Assembly: GCA_027491395.1 (NCBI GenBank)
Contig: JAOZFI010000043.1
Location: 32,001 to 96,000, forward strand
DNA: 64,000 nt
Source of the DNA: Thermoproteota archaeon
Lineage (GTDB): Archaea > Korarchaeota > Korarchaeia > Korarchaeales > Korarchaeaceae
Direction of reading: 5' to 3'
A model generated the notes under the pieces. The model was given only the letters and a program-made list of their open reading frames with translations, did no database searches and was not told where the DNA came from. This document shows positions 28,489-37,957 of this stretch, piece after piece. Both the position numbers and the translations under genes were made by a program. Positions within the stretch are counted from its first letter, which is position 1. Each line of letters begins with the position of its first letter.

Positions 28489-28899
28489 GTGGGCAGGAAG
28501 CTGGTCGATGTCGAGGCTGATGTGGGGTTCGAGGTATGGGCTAACGACCTGAACTCCCTCTTCGAAGAGGCAGCCCTCGCCATGTACGAGGTAATGGTGG
28601 ATGTCGAGAGCGTTAATCCAGTTGTAGGGAAGGAGCTGGAATTGGAATCCGAGGACCTTTCCCTACTCCTCCATTCATGGCTGTCAGAACTCCTATTCAT
28701 CACGGATGTGGAGGGGTTGGTGTTCTCGAAGTTTGAGGTCACGATCCAAGGTACCAAGCTCAGAGGCAAGGCGTGGGGCGAACCGGTGGATCCCGAGAGG
28801 CACAAGCCCAAGACCGAGGTGAAAGCGGTCACCTACTACAAACTCAAAGTGGAGAAAGAGGGAGACCTCTGGAGGGCCGTGGTTATTTTGGATCTCTGA
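28489..28899 (+). CDS. archease
   Basis: ADVG, LFEEAA.AM, WLSELL, EVKAVTYY, ILDL C-terminus. Confidence 0.93.
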   Translation: MGRKLVDVEADVGFEVWANDLNSLFEEAALAMYEVMVDVESVNPVVGKELELESEDLSLLLHSWLSELLFITDVEGLVFSKFEVTIQGTKLRGKAWGEPVDPERHKPKTEVKAVTYYKLKVEKEGDLWRAVVILDL

Positions 28900-29026
28900 T
28901 ATACAAGGACGGCATCGAATATGCCGCTGAAGTTCGCTGTCTCCACAGGAGAGGGCCCCCCTGACATACCAAACTTTAATAAACCCCAAGCTTGTCTTGT
29001 GTTGGAAAGTTAACGGGGTGCTAGTG

Positions 29027-30034
29027 ATGCCCAGAAGACACGGTTCGCTACAGTTCGCTCCTCGGAAGAGGGCTAGAACTCAGAAGGCAGTCTTCAGATC
29101 CTACCCTGAACTGCCCCTTGAGGAGCCGATCCTAGTGGCCTTCCCGGGCTATAAGGTGGGTATGGTTCACGTCTTGATGAAGGAGGATAGGCCTGGTAAG
29201 CTCAACATAGGTCAGCCAGTGACCTTGGCCTCCACCGTAGTGGAGACCCCCCCAATAGAGGTTGTCGGCTTCAGACCCTACGTGGGAACCTACTACGGGA
29301 TGAAGGCCGTGACCACAGCCATCAAAATCGAGCAGAATGATCTGATCTCCAGAACTCTCACTATAGGCGATGGGGTTGACAACTGGGACGAGGCCCTCGC
29401 CAAGGTGGAGGCTAACAAGGATAGGATAGAGGAGGTCAGGATTCTAGCCTACACCAGGCCTGATCTGGCGGGGATACACAAGAAGAAGCCAGAATTCCTT
29501 GAGATCCCGATTAAGGGCGGTTCCATGGATAGGAGGCTTGAGTACGCCCAGTCCTTGGTTGGCTCTAAGGTCAAGGTGAACCAAGTCTTCAAGGCGGGAC
29601 AGCTGGTGGATGTCACCGCGGTCACCAAGGGGCACGGGTGGCAGGGAGTCGTCAGGAGGTTCGGAGTCGAGCTGCTCAGGCACAAGGCCGGCAAGGGTAG
29701 GTGGAGGGTCGGGAGCTTGGGATCTAGGCATCCGCCCTACGTGACTTGGAGGATCCCGAGGGCTGGCCAGACTGGTTACCACAAGAGGACGGAGTACAAC
29801 AAGAGGATACTGATGATTGCCGATCTGTCAGAGGAGGGGGCTCTGAACGTAACGCCTAAGGGTGGATTCAAGAATTACGGGATCCTGAAGAGCCAGTATG
29901 TGATCCTCTCCGGATCGATACCCGGTCCAACGAAGAGGTTCGTGTTCATGAGGCATCCGATAAGGCCCAAGTACGAGGAACTTCCAGAGCCCGAGATAAG
30001 CTATGTGAGCTCCGTGGGCTGGTTGAAGAGGTGA
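29027..30034 (+). CDS. rpl3: 50S ribosomal protein L3
   Basis: GSL.F.PRKRA, GYKVGM.H, AGQ.GYH.RTEYNKRI. Confidence 0.97.
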   Translation: MPRRHGSLQFAPRKRARTQKAVFRSYPELPLEEPILVAFPGYKVGMVHVLMKEDRPGKLNIGQPVTLASTVVETPPIEVVGFRPYVGTYYGMKAVTTAIKIEQNDLISRTLTIGDGVDNWDEALAKVEANKDRIEEVRILAYTRPDLAGIHKKKPEFLEIPIKGGSMDRRLEYAQSLVGSKVKVNQVFKAGQLVDVTAVTKGHGWQGVVRRFGVELLRHKAGKGRWRVGSLGSRHPPYVTWRIPRAGQTGYHKRTEYNKRILMIADLSEEGALNVTPKGGFKNYGILKSQYVILSGSIPGPTKRFVFMRHPIRPKYEELPEPEISYVSSVGWLKR

Positions 30035-30038
30035 TTAC

Positions 30039-30827
30039 ATGGCCTCGGTTCCGGTGTTCAATCTGAACGGCGAGAGAATAGGGGAGGTGGAGCTTCCCTC
30101 CATCTTCGACATGGAGGTCAGGCCCGACACCATAAGGCGGACCTACCTGTCCCAACTGACCGCTAGGATACAGCCCCAAGGTAGGGATCCCTTGGCCGGA
30201 CTCAGGACGTCGGCTGAGTCTTGGGGGGCAGGTCACGGAGTGGCTAGGGTGCCTAGGGTGAAGGGTAGGGGCTACCCCGCCGCCAGCAGGGCGGCTAGAG
30301 CGGTCATGACCGTGGGCGGCGCGAAGACCACGGCACCCAGATCTTGGAAGGTCATCTGGGAGAGGGTGAACAAGAAGGAGAGGAAGCTGGCTATCCTATC
30401 GGCCATAGCGGCGACTGGGAGGATAGACTTGGTCAAGGCCCGGCATAGGGTGGATCTGGACTATGTCCCCTTGGTAGTGACGGACGATCTGGAGGGCATA
30501 TCCAAGACGTCCGAACTCCACTCCCTGCTGCTGAAGCTAGGTCTGAAGGACGAGCTGGATAGGACCAAGAGGAGGTTCAAGAAGATAAGGGCCGGACGGG
30601 GGAAGATGAGGGGAAGGGTCAGGCAGAGGGCGAGGGGCCCGCTTATAATATACCTCAACGAGGGCTCTCCAATAGCTAGAGCTGCCAGGAACATACCTGG
30701 AGTTGATGTAGTCGCTCTCAGGAACCTGAGCGTGATCCACTTGGCCCCGGGAGGTGTTCCCGGGAGACTGACCGTATGGACGGAGGGAGCCCTCCGTTCC
30801 CTGGAGGAGGTGATGGGTATTGCCTAA
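30039..30827 (+). CDS. rpl4: 50S ribosomal protein L4
   Basis: [28 protein letters not shown]. Confidence 0.97.
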   Translation: MASVPVFNLNGERIGEVELPSIFDMEVRPDTIRRTYLSQLTARIQPQGRDPLAGLRTSAESWGAGHGVARVPRVKGRGYPAASRAARAVMTVGGAKTTAPRSWKVIWERVNKKERKLAILSAIAATGRIDLVKARHRVDLDYVPLVVTDDLEGISKTSELHSLLLKLGLKDELDRTKRRFKKIRAGRGKMRGRVRQRARGPLIIYLNEGSPIARAARNIPGVDVVALRNLSVIHLAPGGVPGRLTVWTEGALRSLEEVMGIA

Positions 30828-31101
30828 GATAGGCGACTTCGATCCCTACAAGATACTGAAGGCCCCCATCTCCACCGAGAAAGTTGTTAGGATGATCAAC
30901 GAGGAGAACAAGCTAGCTTTCTTCGTGGACAGAAGGGCTAACAAGAAGGAGATAAAGAGAGCTGTTGAGGAAGCCTTAGACGTCAAGGTAGAGAGGGTGT
31001 GGACCATAATTACCATAGACGGCAGGAAGAAGGCATACGTGAAGCTCAGTCCCGAGTATAGGGCCTCGGATGTCGCTGCCAAGCTGGGCATAATAGGGTG
31101 A
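30820..31101 (+). CDS. rpl23: 50S ribosomal protein L23
   Basis: P..TEK, NKL.F.V, KKAYVKL. Confidence 0.96.
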   Translation: MPKIGDFDPYKILKAPISTEKVVRMINEENKLAFFVDRRANKKEIKRAVEEALDVKVERVWTIITIDGRKKAYVKLSPEYRASDVAAKLGIIG

Positions 31102-31105
31102 TGGT

Positions 31106-31840
31106 ATGGGTAAGCGTATACTGGTTCAGAGGAGGGGAAGGGGAGGTATCCAGTTCAGATCTAGGGATCATCTCAAGATAGCTCCCGTGAAGTACCCGCC
31201 TCAGATAGGAATGAACGGCCTCGTTAGGGGAGTCATAAGGGAGATACTACACGAGCCAGGAAGGCACACCCCGATCTCTCTAGTGGAGCTCGAAGATGGC
31301 ACCAAGTTCTATTACGTGCCTCCGGAGGGAGTATACGAGGGTCAGGAGATACAGATAGGTCCTGGAGCCGAGATAAAGACGGGAAACGTCCTTCCCTTGG
31401 CTGATATACCTGACGGGACCTTGGTCTCCAATGTGGAGATAAGGCCGGGAGATGGGGGAAAGATAGCTAGGAGGAGCGGGACCTACGCTCTAGTGTTCTC
31501 TCACGAGGGAGATAGAGTCCTCTTGAGGCTTCCCTCTAGGAAGGAGAAGTTCGTGGATGCCAGATGCAGAGCCACCATAGGCATAGTGGCTGGTGGCGGC
31601 AGGATAGAGAAGCCGTTCATGAAGGCGGGTCTCAAGTATTACCACGAGAGAACCCATCCGAAGAGGTGGCCTGTGGTCAGGGGTGTGGCCATGAACCCAG
31701 TCAGCCACCCGCACGGTGGTGGATCCCACAAGAGACCTGGCAAGCCTACAACTGTGGCTAGGACGGCTCCGCCAGGACAGAAAGTTGGACATATAGCTGC
31801 TAGGAAGACGGGTAGGGCCAAGAGGAGGGCTGGCCTCTGA
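31106..31840 (+). CDS. rpl2: 50S ribosomal protein L2
   Basis: [35 protein letters not shown]. Confidence 0.97.
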   Translation: MGKRILVQRRGRGGIQFRSRDHLKIAPVKYPPQIGMNGLVRGVIREILHEPGRHTPISLVELEDGTKFYYVPPEGVYEGQEIQIGPGAEIKTGNVLPLADIPDGTLVSNVEIRPGDGGKIARRSGTYALVFSHEGDRVLLRLPSRKEKFVDARCRATIGIVAGGGRIEKPFMKAGLKYYHERTHPKRWPVVRGVAMNPVSHPHGGGSHKRPGKPTTVARTAPPGQKVGHIAARKTGRAKRRAGL

Positions 31841-31880
31841 GCCCAACCTTTATTTATGGCTCAAGTATGGGGTGACATGT

Positions 31881-32279
31881 ATGTCCTCCAAGGAATTCAG
31901 GTACAGGGGTTATACGCTGGAGCAGCTCCAGAGCATGACCCTAGATGAGCTGGCAGAGGTGATGCCAGCTAGAATCAGAAGAACTCTGAAGAGAGGTCTC
32001 TCTCCTGAGAACAAGAAGCTCTTGGAGAAGATCAGGAAGTACAGGAACAAGGGCATAGACAAGGTGATAAGGACACACAGGAGGGACATGCCCGTCCTCC
32101 CTGAGATGGTGGGGGCGAAGATAGCCGTCCACAATGGGAAGGAGTTCGTCGAGATAACCATAGTCCCCGAGATGATAGGACACTACTTGGGAGAGTTCGC
32201 GATGACCAACAGGATAGTGAGGCACGGTAAGCCCGGTAAGGGAGCCACCAGATCAAGCAAGTTCGTGCCACTAAAGTGA
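31881..32279 (+). CDS. rps19: 30S ribosomal protein S19
   Basis: [31 protein letters not shown]. Confidence 0.97.
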   Translation: MSSKEFRYRGYTLEQLQSMTLDELAEVMPARIRRTLKRGLSPENKKLLEKIRKYRNKGIDKVIRTHRRDMPVLPEMVGAKIAVHNGKEFVEITIVPEMIGHYLGEFAMTNRIVRHGKPGKGATRSSKFVPLK

Positions 32280-32333
32280 TTCACCTTTTTATTCCCCCTA
32301 ATCATTTATACCGGAATCCGGAGCGCCGCTCGA

Positions 32334-32420
32334 GCCGGGGTGGCCGAGCCAGGACCAAGGTGCCCGCCTTGAGAGCGGGTGGCCCTCCGGGCCGCGAGGG
32401 TTCGAATCCCTCCCCCGGCG
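32334..32420 (+). tRNA. tRNA-Ser(TGA)
   Basis: GCCGGGG/CCCCGGC-G, loop CTTGAGA, long variable arm; TTTATA box at 32305. Confidence 0.95.
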
Positions 32421-33662
32421 CTACACCTTGGGAAGCAGCTCCGGAGCGTTCCTCATTATGGCCACTCTGGGCTTACCCTCCAATAATTTCAGTTCAGAGT
32501 CTATGGCCTCCTGCAGATCTCCATACCAAGAGAAGCCAAGAGACCTAGCTTCTTCCTCGGAGATTCCATCGGAGACTAGGACTACCTTTATCCTAGATCT
32601 CACCTTAGACCAGACCATGGAGTTGGCAGCGCCCACGGGATCCTCTATCTCTCCCCTCCTGACTTTGGCATCTATCTCCTCCGGACTCAATCCAGCCAGC
32701 TCTAGGACCTCTGGGTGAGTGACAGCCACGCCCTCAGGGCAGGGTGTAGCGAGTATGAGGATTCCCCCATCCCTGAGGACCATCTCAGCTGGATATAACG
32801 ATTTGTGGGCCTGCCAGAACTCTATGTCGGCTGGATAGCTGCTGGCGATCACTAAATCGAGGTTGCTGGGAGCCTCCACCTCATACACGCGTCTAGCCTC
32901 ATCGACCGCCTCGGAAAAGACCTCCCTGACACCGCCCGCGCCCACCCAAGTGGGCCTCCCAATCCCATCGACGACTACCTCCACCAATCCCCTCAGTCCA
33001 GCCCTCTCTGCAACCAAGTCCATGAGTGCCCTCACAGGGTTCTCTTTCATTCCCAAGAAGCTCCTCCTCAGTCTAGCGCTGAGCAAGTGCATGTCTCCCA
33101 CAGTCCTCTCACCGGACACACCGGGCAGGACTATCTTAGACCCACCTGAGAAGCCGGAGACATGGTGAGGAGTAACCATTCCCACGCCTATAGAGAAATC
33201 CACCTTCATGAGGACGTTGCTCACCTCGATGGGAGACCCGTCAGGCATCGATCCTACTATAGCTTGCTTTTCCGGATCCCTATAGTCGGGTTGAACGACC
33301 TCGACCCTCTCCATCGCCTCCCCATACTTCCTCTCCAACTCCCCTTGGGTCATGGGCCTGTGCGTTCCCAACGCGGCCAGCAGCAGAATGTCATCATCAC
33401 TCAGGCCAGCTGAATTTAGGTAGTCTAGGAGGTGCGGGAGGATGTCCGCAGTGGGAGTCGGTCTTGTCACATCGTCGGCAATTATAGCCACCCTCCTACT
33501 TGGGCGGATAATCTCATCCAAGCCTCTCAAGGCTCGTTGTAGTGCTCCTCGGGCATCCTCGAGGGGCGTAACATTGTTGGGACCCATTTCAACTACTTGA
33601 GCCTCATCGGGGAGGTGGAAGCTCAGGTAGCGCTCCCCGTACTTGAGGGAATAGTGGACCAT
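32421..33662 (-). CDS. LarA-family nickel-pincer-dependent 2-hydroxy acid racemase/epimerase
   Basis: DDVTRPTPT, ALGTHRPM, PHH.SGFSGG.K..LPG, Q..K, C.EG motifs. Confidence 0.9.
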   Translation of the reverse strand: MVHYSLKYGERYLSFHLPDEAQVVEMGPNNVTPLEDARGALQRALRGLDEIIRPSRRVAIIADDVTRPTPTADILPHLLDYLNSAGLSDDDILLLAALGTHRPMTQGELERKYGEAMERVEVVQPDYRDPEKQAIVGSMPDGSPIEVSNVLMKVDFSIGVGMVTPHHVSGFSGGSKIVLPGVSGERTVGDMHLLSARLRRSFLGMKENPVRALMDLVAERAGLRGLVEVVVDGIGRPTWVGAGGVREVFSEAVDEARRVYEVEAPSNLDLVIASSYPADIEFWQAHKSLYPAEMVLRDGGILILATPCPEGVAVTHPEVLELAGLSPEEIDAKVRRGEIEDPVGAANSMVWSKVRSRIKVVLVSDGISEEEARSLGFSWYGDLQEAIDSELKLLEGKPRVAIMRNAPELLPKV

Positions 33663-33664
33663 CT

Positions 33665-34618
33665 CTACTCAGCCAACCTAAATGCCAGCTCTAAAGCCTT
33701 AAGCATGCTGCCCTCATCGGCCACGCACCTGCCGACTATATCGTAGGCCGTACCGTGATCCACGGAGGTCCTCACATAGGGCAGCCCCAGCGTCACATTG
33801 ACTGCTCTACTGAAGCCAATTATCTTAGCCGGTATGTGACCCTGATCGTGGTACATGGCCACGACAGCGTTGAACTCCCCCCTTAGCGCCCTGAGGAAGA
33901 CAGTGTCAGGTGGTAAAGGGCCTTCTACCCCGATCCCTTCGCTTCTGAGCTCCTTCACGGCAGGACCTATGATTTCGATCTCCTCCCTTCCTATCACACC
34001 GCCATCTCCGGCGTGGGGGTTCAACCCCGCCACCGCGATATTAACCTCCTCACCCAACCTTCTCAGGAAAGAGGCCGTCAGTCGAACGGTCAGGTAAATC
34101 TCCTCCTTACTTATGGAGGTTGGGACGTCCTTCAATGGGATATGAGTGGTGACGTGGCTCACCCTCAATTCGTCCAAATACAAGAGCATCTTGACTTTCA
34201 CACCTCCGGCCAGCTCCGCGAGTAACTCTGTGTGACCGGTGAACCTGATTCCAGCCATGTTAACGGCCAGCTTGTTCACGGGTCCGGTCACTAAGGCGCT
34301 GGCCTTACCCTTCCTCACTAGTTCCGCCGCCCTCACAACATACCTGTATGAGTAAGCACCACCCTCGGGAGTCGCCCTACCCTTCTGGACATCCTCGCCA
34401 CCCATATCTATCACTGGGACGCTGTCCACAAGGTGAGTCGGCTCATCGACGGATAAGAACCTCAACTTCAGACCGCAGAGCTCCGATACTTCCTCGAGAC
34501 ACCTCTTACACCCCACCACTGTGATGGGTTTCCCGCCACCGACTCGGGCGAGGGACTTCGCGACGACCTCGGGACCTATACCAGCGGGATCACCCATCGT
34601 TATCAAGATCGGCCTCAC
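33665..34618 (-). CDS. pdxA: PdxA/PdxA2-family 4-phospho-tetronate dehydrogenase
   Basis: TMGDPAGIGPE, GHTE, TTHIPL, GLNPHAG, MYHDQG, RTSVDHGTA. Confidence 0.93.
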   Translation of the reverse strand: MRPILITMGDPAGIGPEVVAKSLARVGGGKPITVVGCKRCLEEVSELCGLKLRFLSVDEPTHLVDSVPVIDMGGEDVQKGRATPEGGAYSYRYVVRAAELVRKGKASALVTGPVNKLAVNMAGIRFTGHTELLAELAGGVKVKMLLYLDELRVSHVTTHIPLKDVPTSISKEEIYLTVRLTASFLRRLGEEVNIAVAGLNPHAGDGGVIGREEIEIIGPAVKELRSEGIGVEGPLPPDTVFLRALRGEFNAVVAMYHDQGHIPAKIIGFSRAVNVTLGLPYVRTSVDHGTAYDIVGRCVADEGSMLKALELAFRLAE

Positions 34619-35684
34619 GTAACCACCTCCTCACCCTGATTAACGTGGTCTCCGTTCCGAATCCTCCCGCCTTAGTTACTATGGGCAGACCATCGAGCGG
34701 TCCACCCACTATCCATCCAGCGGCAAGCCCCTCCTCTGGAGGTTCCCCTATCTTTACACCTGTTATCCCCATTCCCTCTACCAATCTCTTGAGAGTCTCC
34801 CCACCTATCACCACCAACCCTTCAATCTCGTAAAGCAAACGGCGGATCTTCTCAAGGGTGCTGGGCTTCACCTTGGCTAGGCTGAAGCGAATTGCCGCAT
34901 CTCCTCCCTCCCTAAGTACTCGGGCGGCCTCCTCTATACTGGAATTGTCAGCCTCCAGAACGGGTATCTCCTTTGAGAGGGCTTTGAGCTGCCTGACTGC
35001 TACCTCATTCTCCGATCCGGATACGAATAGGATAGGACCGTTTGCTCTAGGGACCTCTCCCTTTTCCGCTCCTATCAACTGGGCCAGTTCCAGAGCTAGC
35101 CCTGCGCTACCTCCCATCACTCGATAGTCGGAAATCTCACGGAAGAAGAGGGACAGCGCCCTTCTGTCGGGGACCTCCTTGGCGATCAGAATACCCGAAT
35201 CATCCTCTCCCCAGTAACCCACCGTCAGATCGGGAGATGTGGCCCTCACTATCTCCTCTATCAAGGAGGAGACAATGGGTAGCTCTCTCACGTATTCCGT
35301 CTCCTCTAAGGGAACGCCTCGAACGTACAGTCGACCGTTTAGCACGATCCTTCCCTGCTCGGGGTAAGCCGGGGTGAAGGGCAAGGGGGATTCTAACATC
35401 GAAACTATGGGGCTCAGCTCGGCACCTATGTTCCCCCTCATGGTGGAATCCACCTTCTTGTACAGGTACCTCGGACTGGTTAATTCTAGAACGGCCTCTA
35501 AGATCTCTCTGATCCTCCTTTCAGCCTTCTCAGGGACGGCAAGCCTAGTATCGGTGCTCAAGGATACGCATTTCCATTTATATCCGGCGAATTCTCGGTT
35601 AAAGGCGACAAAAGAACCGCGCCCAAACTTAGATGCCGTGTCTAAAGCGCCAGTTAAATCATCAGCTAGGATCAGTACATCCAT
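34590..35684 (-). CDS. DUF1537 four-carbon acid sugar kinase
   Basis: ADDLTGA.DT, YKK.DST.RGN, PAYP..GR, GGET, TKAGGFG. Confidence 0.92.
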   Translation of the reverse strand: MDVLILADDLTGALDTASKFGRGSFVAFNREFAGYKWKCVSLSTDTRLAVPEKAERRIREILEAVLELTSPRYLYKKVDSTMRGNIGAELSPIVSMLESPLPFTPAYPEQGRIVLNGRLYVRGVPLEETEYVRELPIVSSLIEEIVRATSPDLTVGYWGEDDSGILIAKEVPDRRALSLFFREISDYRVMGGSAGLALELAQLIGAEKGEVPRANGPILFVSGSENEVAVRQLKALSKEIPVLEADNSSIEEAARVLREGGDAAIRFSLAKVKPSTLEKIRRLLYEIEGLVVIGGETLKRLVEGMGITGVKIGEPPEEGLAAGWIVGGPLDGLPIVTKAGGFGTETTLIRVRRWLREADLDNDG

Positions 35685-35730
35685 CAGGGGGCTATGAGGG
35701 GAGGTTCCCCTAAAACAGTTGTCTAGGTAC

Positions 35731-36048
35731 TCAGGTAGTCAGCATGACTATGCTTATCTTGACGTCCTCGGGGATGGTGACCCCCATTATGCTCCTGATA
35801 TACCTCTCGTCAGGGTTAGGAATGTCTATTATGCGCTTGTGGATCCTCAGCTCGTATTTGTCGTACCTGTTCGTCCCTTCACCCGAGGGATTCCTGAGAG
35901 CGGTAACCCTGAGCCTCTTGGTCGGCAGGGGTATCGGGCCCTTGACCCTGACCCCCATCTTCTCGGCCATCTCCTTGAACATCCTGCTCACTTGGTCCAA
36001 GCTCTTGGGATTGGTGCTGACCATCTCTATCCTCAGTACCTCGGGCAT
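35731..36048 (-). CDS. rps10: 30S ribosomal protein S10
   Basis: KGPIPLPTKRL, P.GEGT, RIHKR.IDI. Confidence 0.96.
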   Translation of the reverse strand: MPEVLRIEMVSTNPKSLDQVSRMFKEMAEKMGVRVKGPIPLPTKRLRVTALRNPSGEGTNRYDKYELRIHKRIIDIPNPDERYIRSIMGVTIPEDVKISIVMLTT

Positions 36049-36100
36049 TTTACCACCACTCACCGGGACATCTCACTGCTAAATAAAAATGATGGAGGGT

Positions 36101-37369
36101 TTACTTCTTCTTCCTCTCCATCGGAACCACATCGAGCACTATGCCAGCTGCGACGGTCATGCCCATGTCCCTGACCGCGAACCTGCCGAGCGGCGGGAAG
36201 TCGCTGTACTTCTCTATCACGAAGGGCTTCAGCGGCTGGAACTTCACTATGGCGGCCTCTCCCCTCCTTATAAAGCTTGGGTTCTCCTCAATGACCTGAC
36301 CACTCCTCGGATCGATCTTCTTCTCTATGGATACCATTTTGCAGGCCATGTGTCCGGTGTGGGCGTGTATTACGGGCGTGTAGCCTGGAGCTATAGCGGT
36401 CGGGTGCTGCAGCACCACAATCTGGGCGGTGAACTCCTTGGCGACAGTGGGCGGGTTGTCAGGATGGCCTATGACATCGCCCCTCTTGATCTCCTTCTTA
36501 TCGATGCCCTTGATGTTTATTCCGATGTTGTCTCCGGGCTCGGCCTTGTCTAGCTTCTCGTGATGCATCTCTATACTCTTGACCTCCGCGGTCTTACCGA
36601 GAGGCTCTATGATTATGGTGTCACCGGGCTTAATCACTCCGGTCTCCACCCTACCGACCACGACGGTACCGACTCCGGTTATGGAGAACACATCCTGTAT
36701 GGGTATCCTGAGGGGCTTGTCCACCGGCTTGGGTGGCGCGGAGAACGTGTCGAGCACCTCATAGAGAGTCGGACCGTTGTACCAAGGCATGTTCTCGCTC
36801 TTCCTGACCACATTGTCTCCCTTCAGACCGCTCACGGGGATGAACTGTATTTTGTCGGGGTCATACCCTACCTTCCTGAGGAGCTCGGCCACCTGAGACT
36901 TGACCTCCTCGAACCTCTCCTTGCTGTAGTTCACGGTCGGATCGTCCATCTTGGATATGGCGACAGCAAGTTGATTGACTCCAAGAGTCTTGATCAGGAA
37001 GACATGTTCTATGGTCTGAGCTTGGACGCCCTCACCAGACTTGGCGGAGACCACGAGTATAGCGGCGTCGGCTTGGCTGGCCCCGGTGATCATGTTCTTG
37101 ACGAAGTCCCTATGTCCAGGGGCGTCTATTATCGTGATCATCTTATGTGGCGTCTCGATCTTGGTATGGAAGAGGTCGATGGTCATACCCCTCTCTCTCT
37201 CCTCCTTAAGCCTGTCCACGAGCCAAGCGAACTGGGCGTCAGCTGCCTGCTCCTCGGGAGGAAGCTCCTCCACTAGCTGGAGGTCGAAGAACATCCTCCC
37301 TATCAGCGTCGACTTTCCGTGGTCGACGTGTCCCACGAAGATCAAGTTCACATGTTCCTTCTCGGCCAT
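36101..37369 (-). CDS. tuf: translation elongation factor EF-1alpha
   Basis: [48 protein letters not shown]; adjacent to S10. Confidence 0.97.
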   Translation of the reverse strand: MAEKEHVNLIFVGHVDHGKSTLIGRMFFDLQLVEELPPEEQAADAQFAWLVDRLKEERERGMTIDLFHTKIETPHKMITIIDAPGHRDFVKNMITGASQADAAILVVSAKSGEGVQAQTIEHVFLIKTLGVNQLAVAISKMDDPTVNYSKERFEEVKSQVAELLRKVGYDPDKIQFIPVSGLKGDNVVRKSENMPWYNGPTLYEVLDTFSAPPKPVDKPLRIPIQDVFSITGVGTVVVGRVETGVIKPGDTIIIEPLGKTAEVKSIEMHHEKLDKAEPGDNIGINIKGIDKKEIKRGDVIGHPDNPPTVAKEFTAQIVVLQHPTAIAPGYTPVIHAHTGHMACKMVSIEKKIDPRSGQVIEENPSFIRRGEAAIVKFQPLKPFVIEKYSDFPPLGRFAVRDMGMTVAAGIVLDVVPMERKKK

Positions 37370-37461
37370 CTTATCACCCTATCACCTACGGATATCTCTA
37401 CCGGTCCATGACTGTGCGCATTTTTAAACCTAAACGTAACCCCCGAATCTGAGGGCCGAAC

Positions 37462-37953
37462 ATGAAACCGATCGAATCCACTCTGGATAGTTACAGGGAA
37501 TTCACCGCTTGGATGGCGGTTATCCCGGCTCTCACGGTCTTCCTAGCGACCTTCCTATCCATGAGGATCACTTTGGTGAGTAGGGAACTGGGAGCCATGC
37601 TGAGCGTTCTGTTCATGGTGATAGCCCTCTTCCTCTTCATAATGTCTGACAGATATGTTAGGAGGATAGTATTCTCTGAGAACCTGAATGAGAGCGAGTT
37701 GGGGGCTCTGTACAGGAAAGCCGCTTACTACTCCGGTCTCATGATACCCTTAGTGGGCTTCATATCGGCCATACTCGTGGGTTACCCAGACGCGCCCTTC
37801 ACGGCACTATCTTTCATGATAATATCCCTCAGCGGCTTAGGATCCGCTTGGAAGAGGTTCTCCGACAAGATGACTGGAAAGCTGGTCCTCCCTAAGGGAG
37901 GATCAGACGAGTCCTTCAAGGAAAAGAAGAGGAAGAAGAAAGGGAAGGACTAA
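37462..37953 (+). CDS. hypothetical 4-TM membrane protein
   Basis: Four hydrophobic segments and a Lys-rich tail. Confidence 0.65.
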   Translation: MKPIESTLDSYREFTAWMAVIPALTVFLATFLSMRITLVSRELGAMLSVLFMVIALFLFIMSDRYVRRIVFSENLNESELGALYRKAAYYSGLMIPLVGFISAILVGYPDAPFTALSFMIISLSGLGSAWKRFSDKMTGKLVLPKGGSDESFKEKKRKKKGKD

Positions 37954-37957
37954 CCGC

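Noticed and set aside
28910-28930. CGGCAT-CGAAT-ATGCCG hairpin followed by CTGA upstream of rpl3
   Set aside because: Short stem with no C box; could be chance
32334-35730. Tetronate operon as an island integrated at tRNA-Ser
   Set aside because: No integrase, no duplicated tRNA 3' end, no evident compositional shift
36089-37427. Long antisense ORFs opposite tuf (similar ones opposite thermosome, rtcB, rps7, rpoA)
   Set aside because: Shadow frames expected from the codon bias of highly expressed genes; no motifs or SD sites
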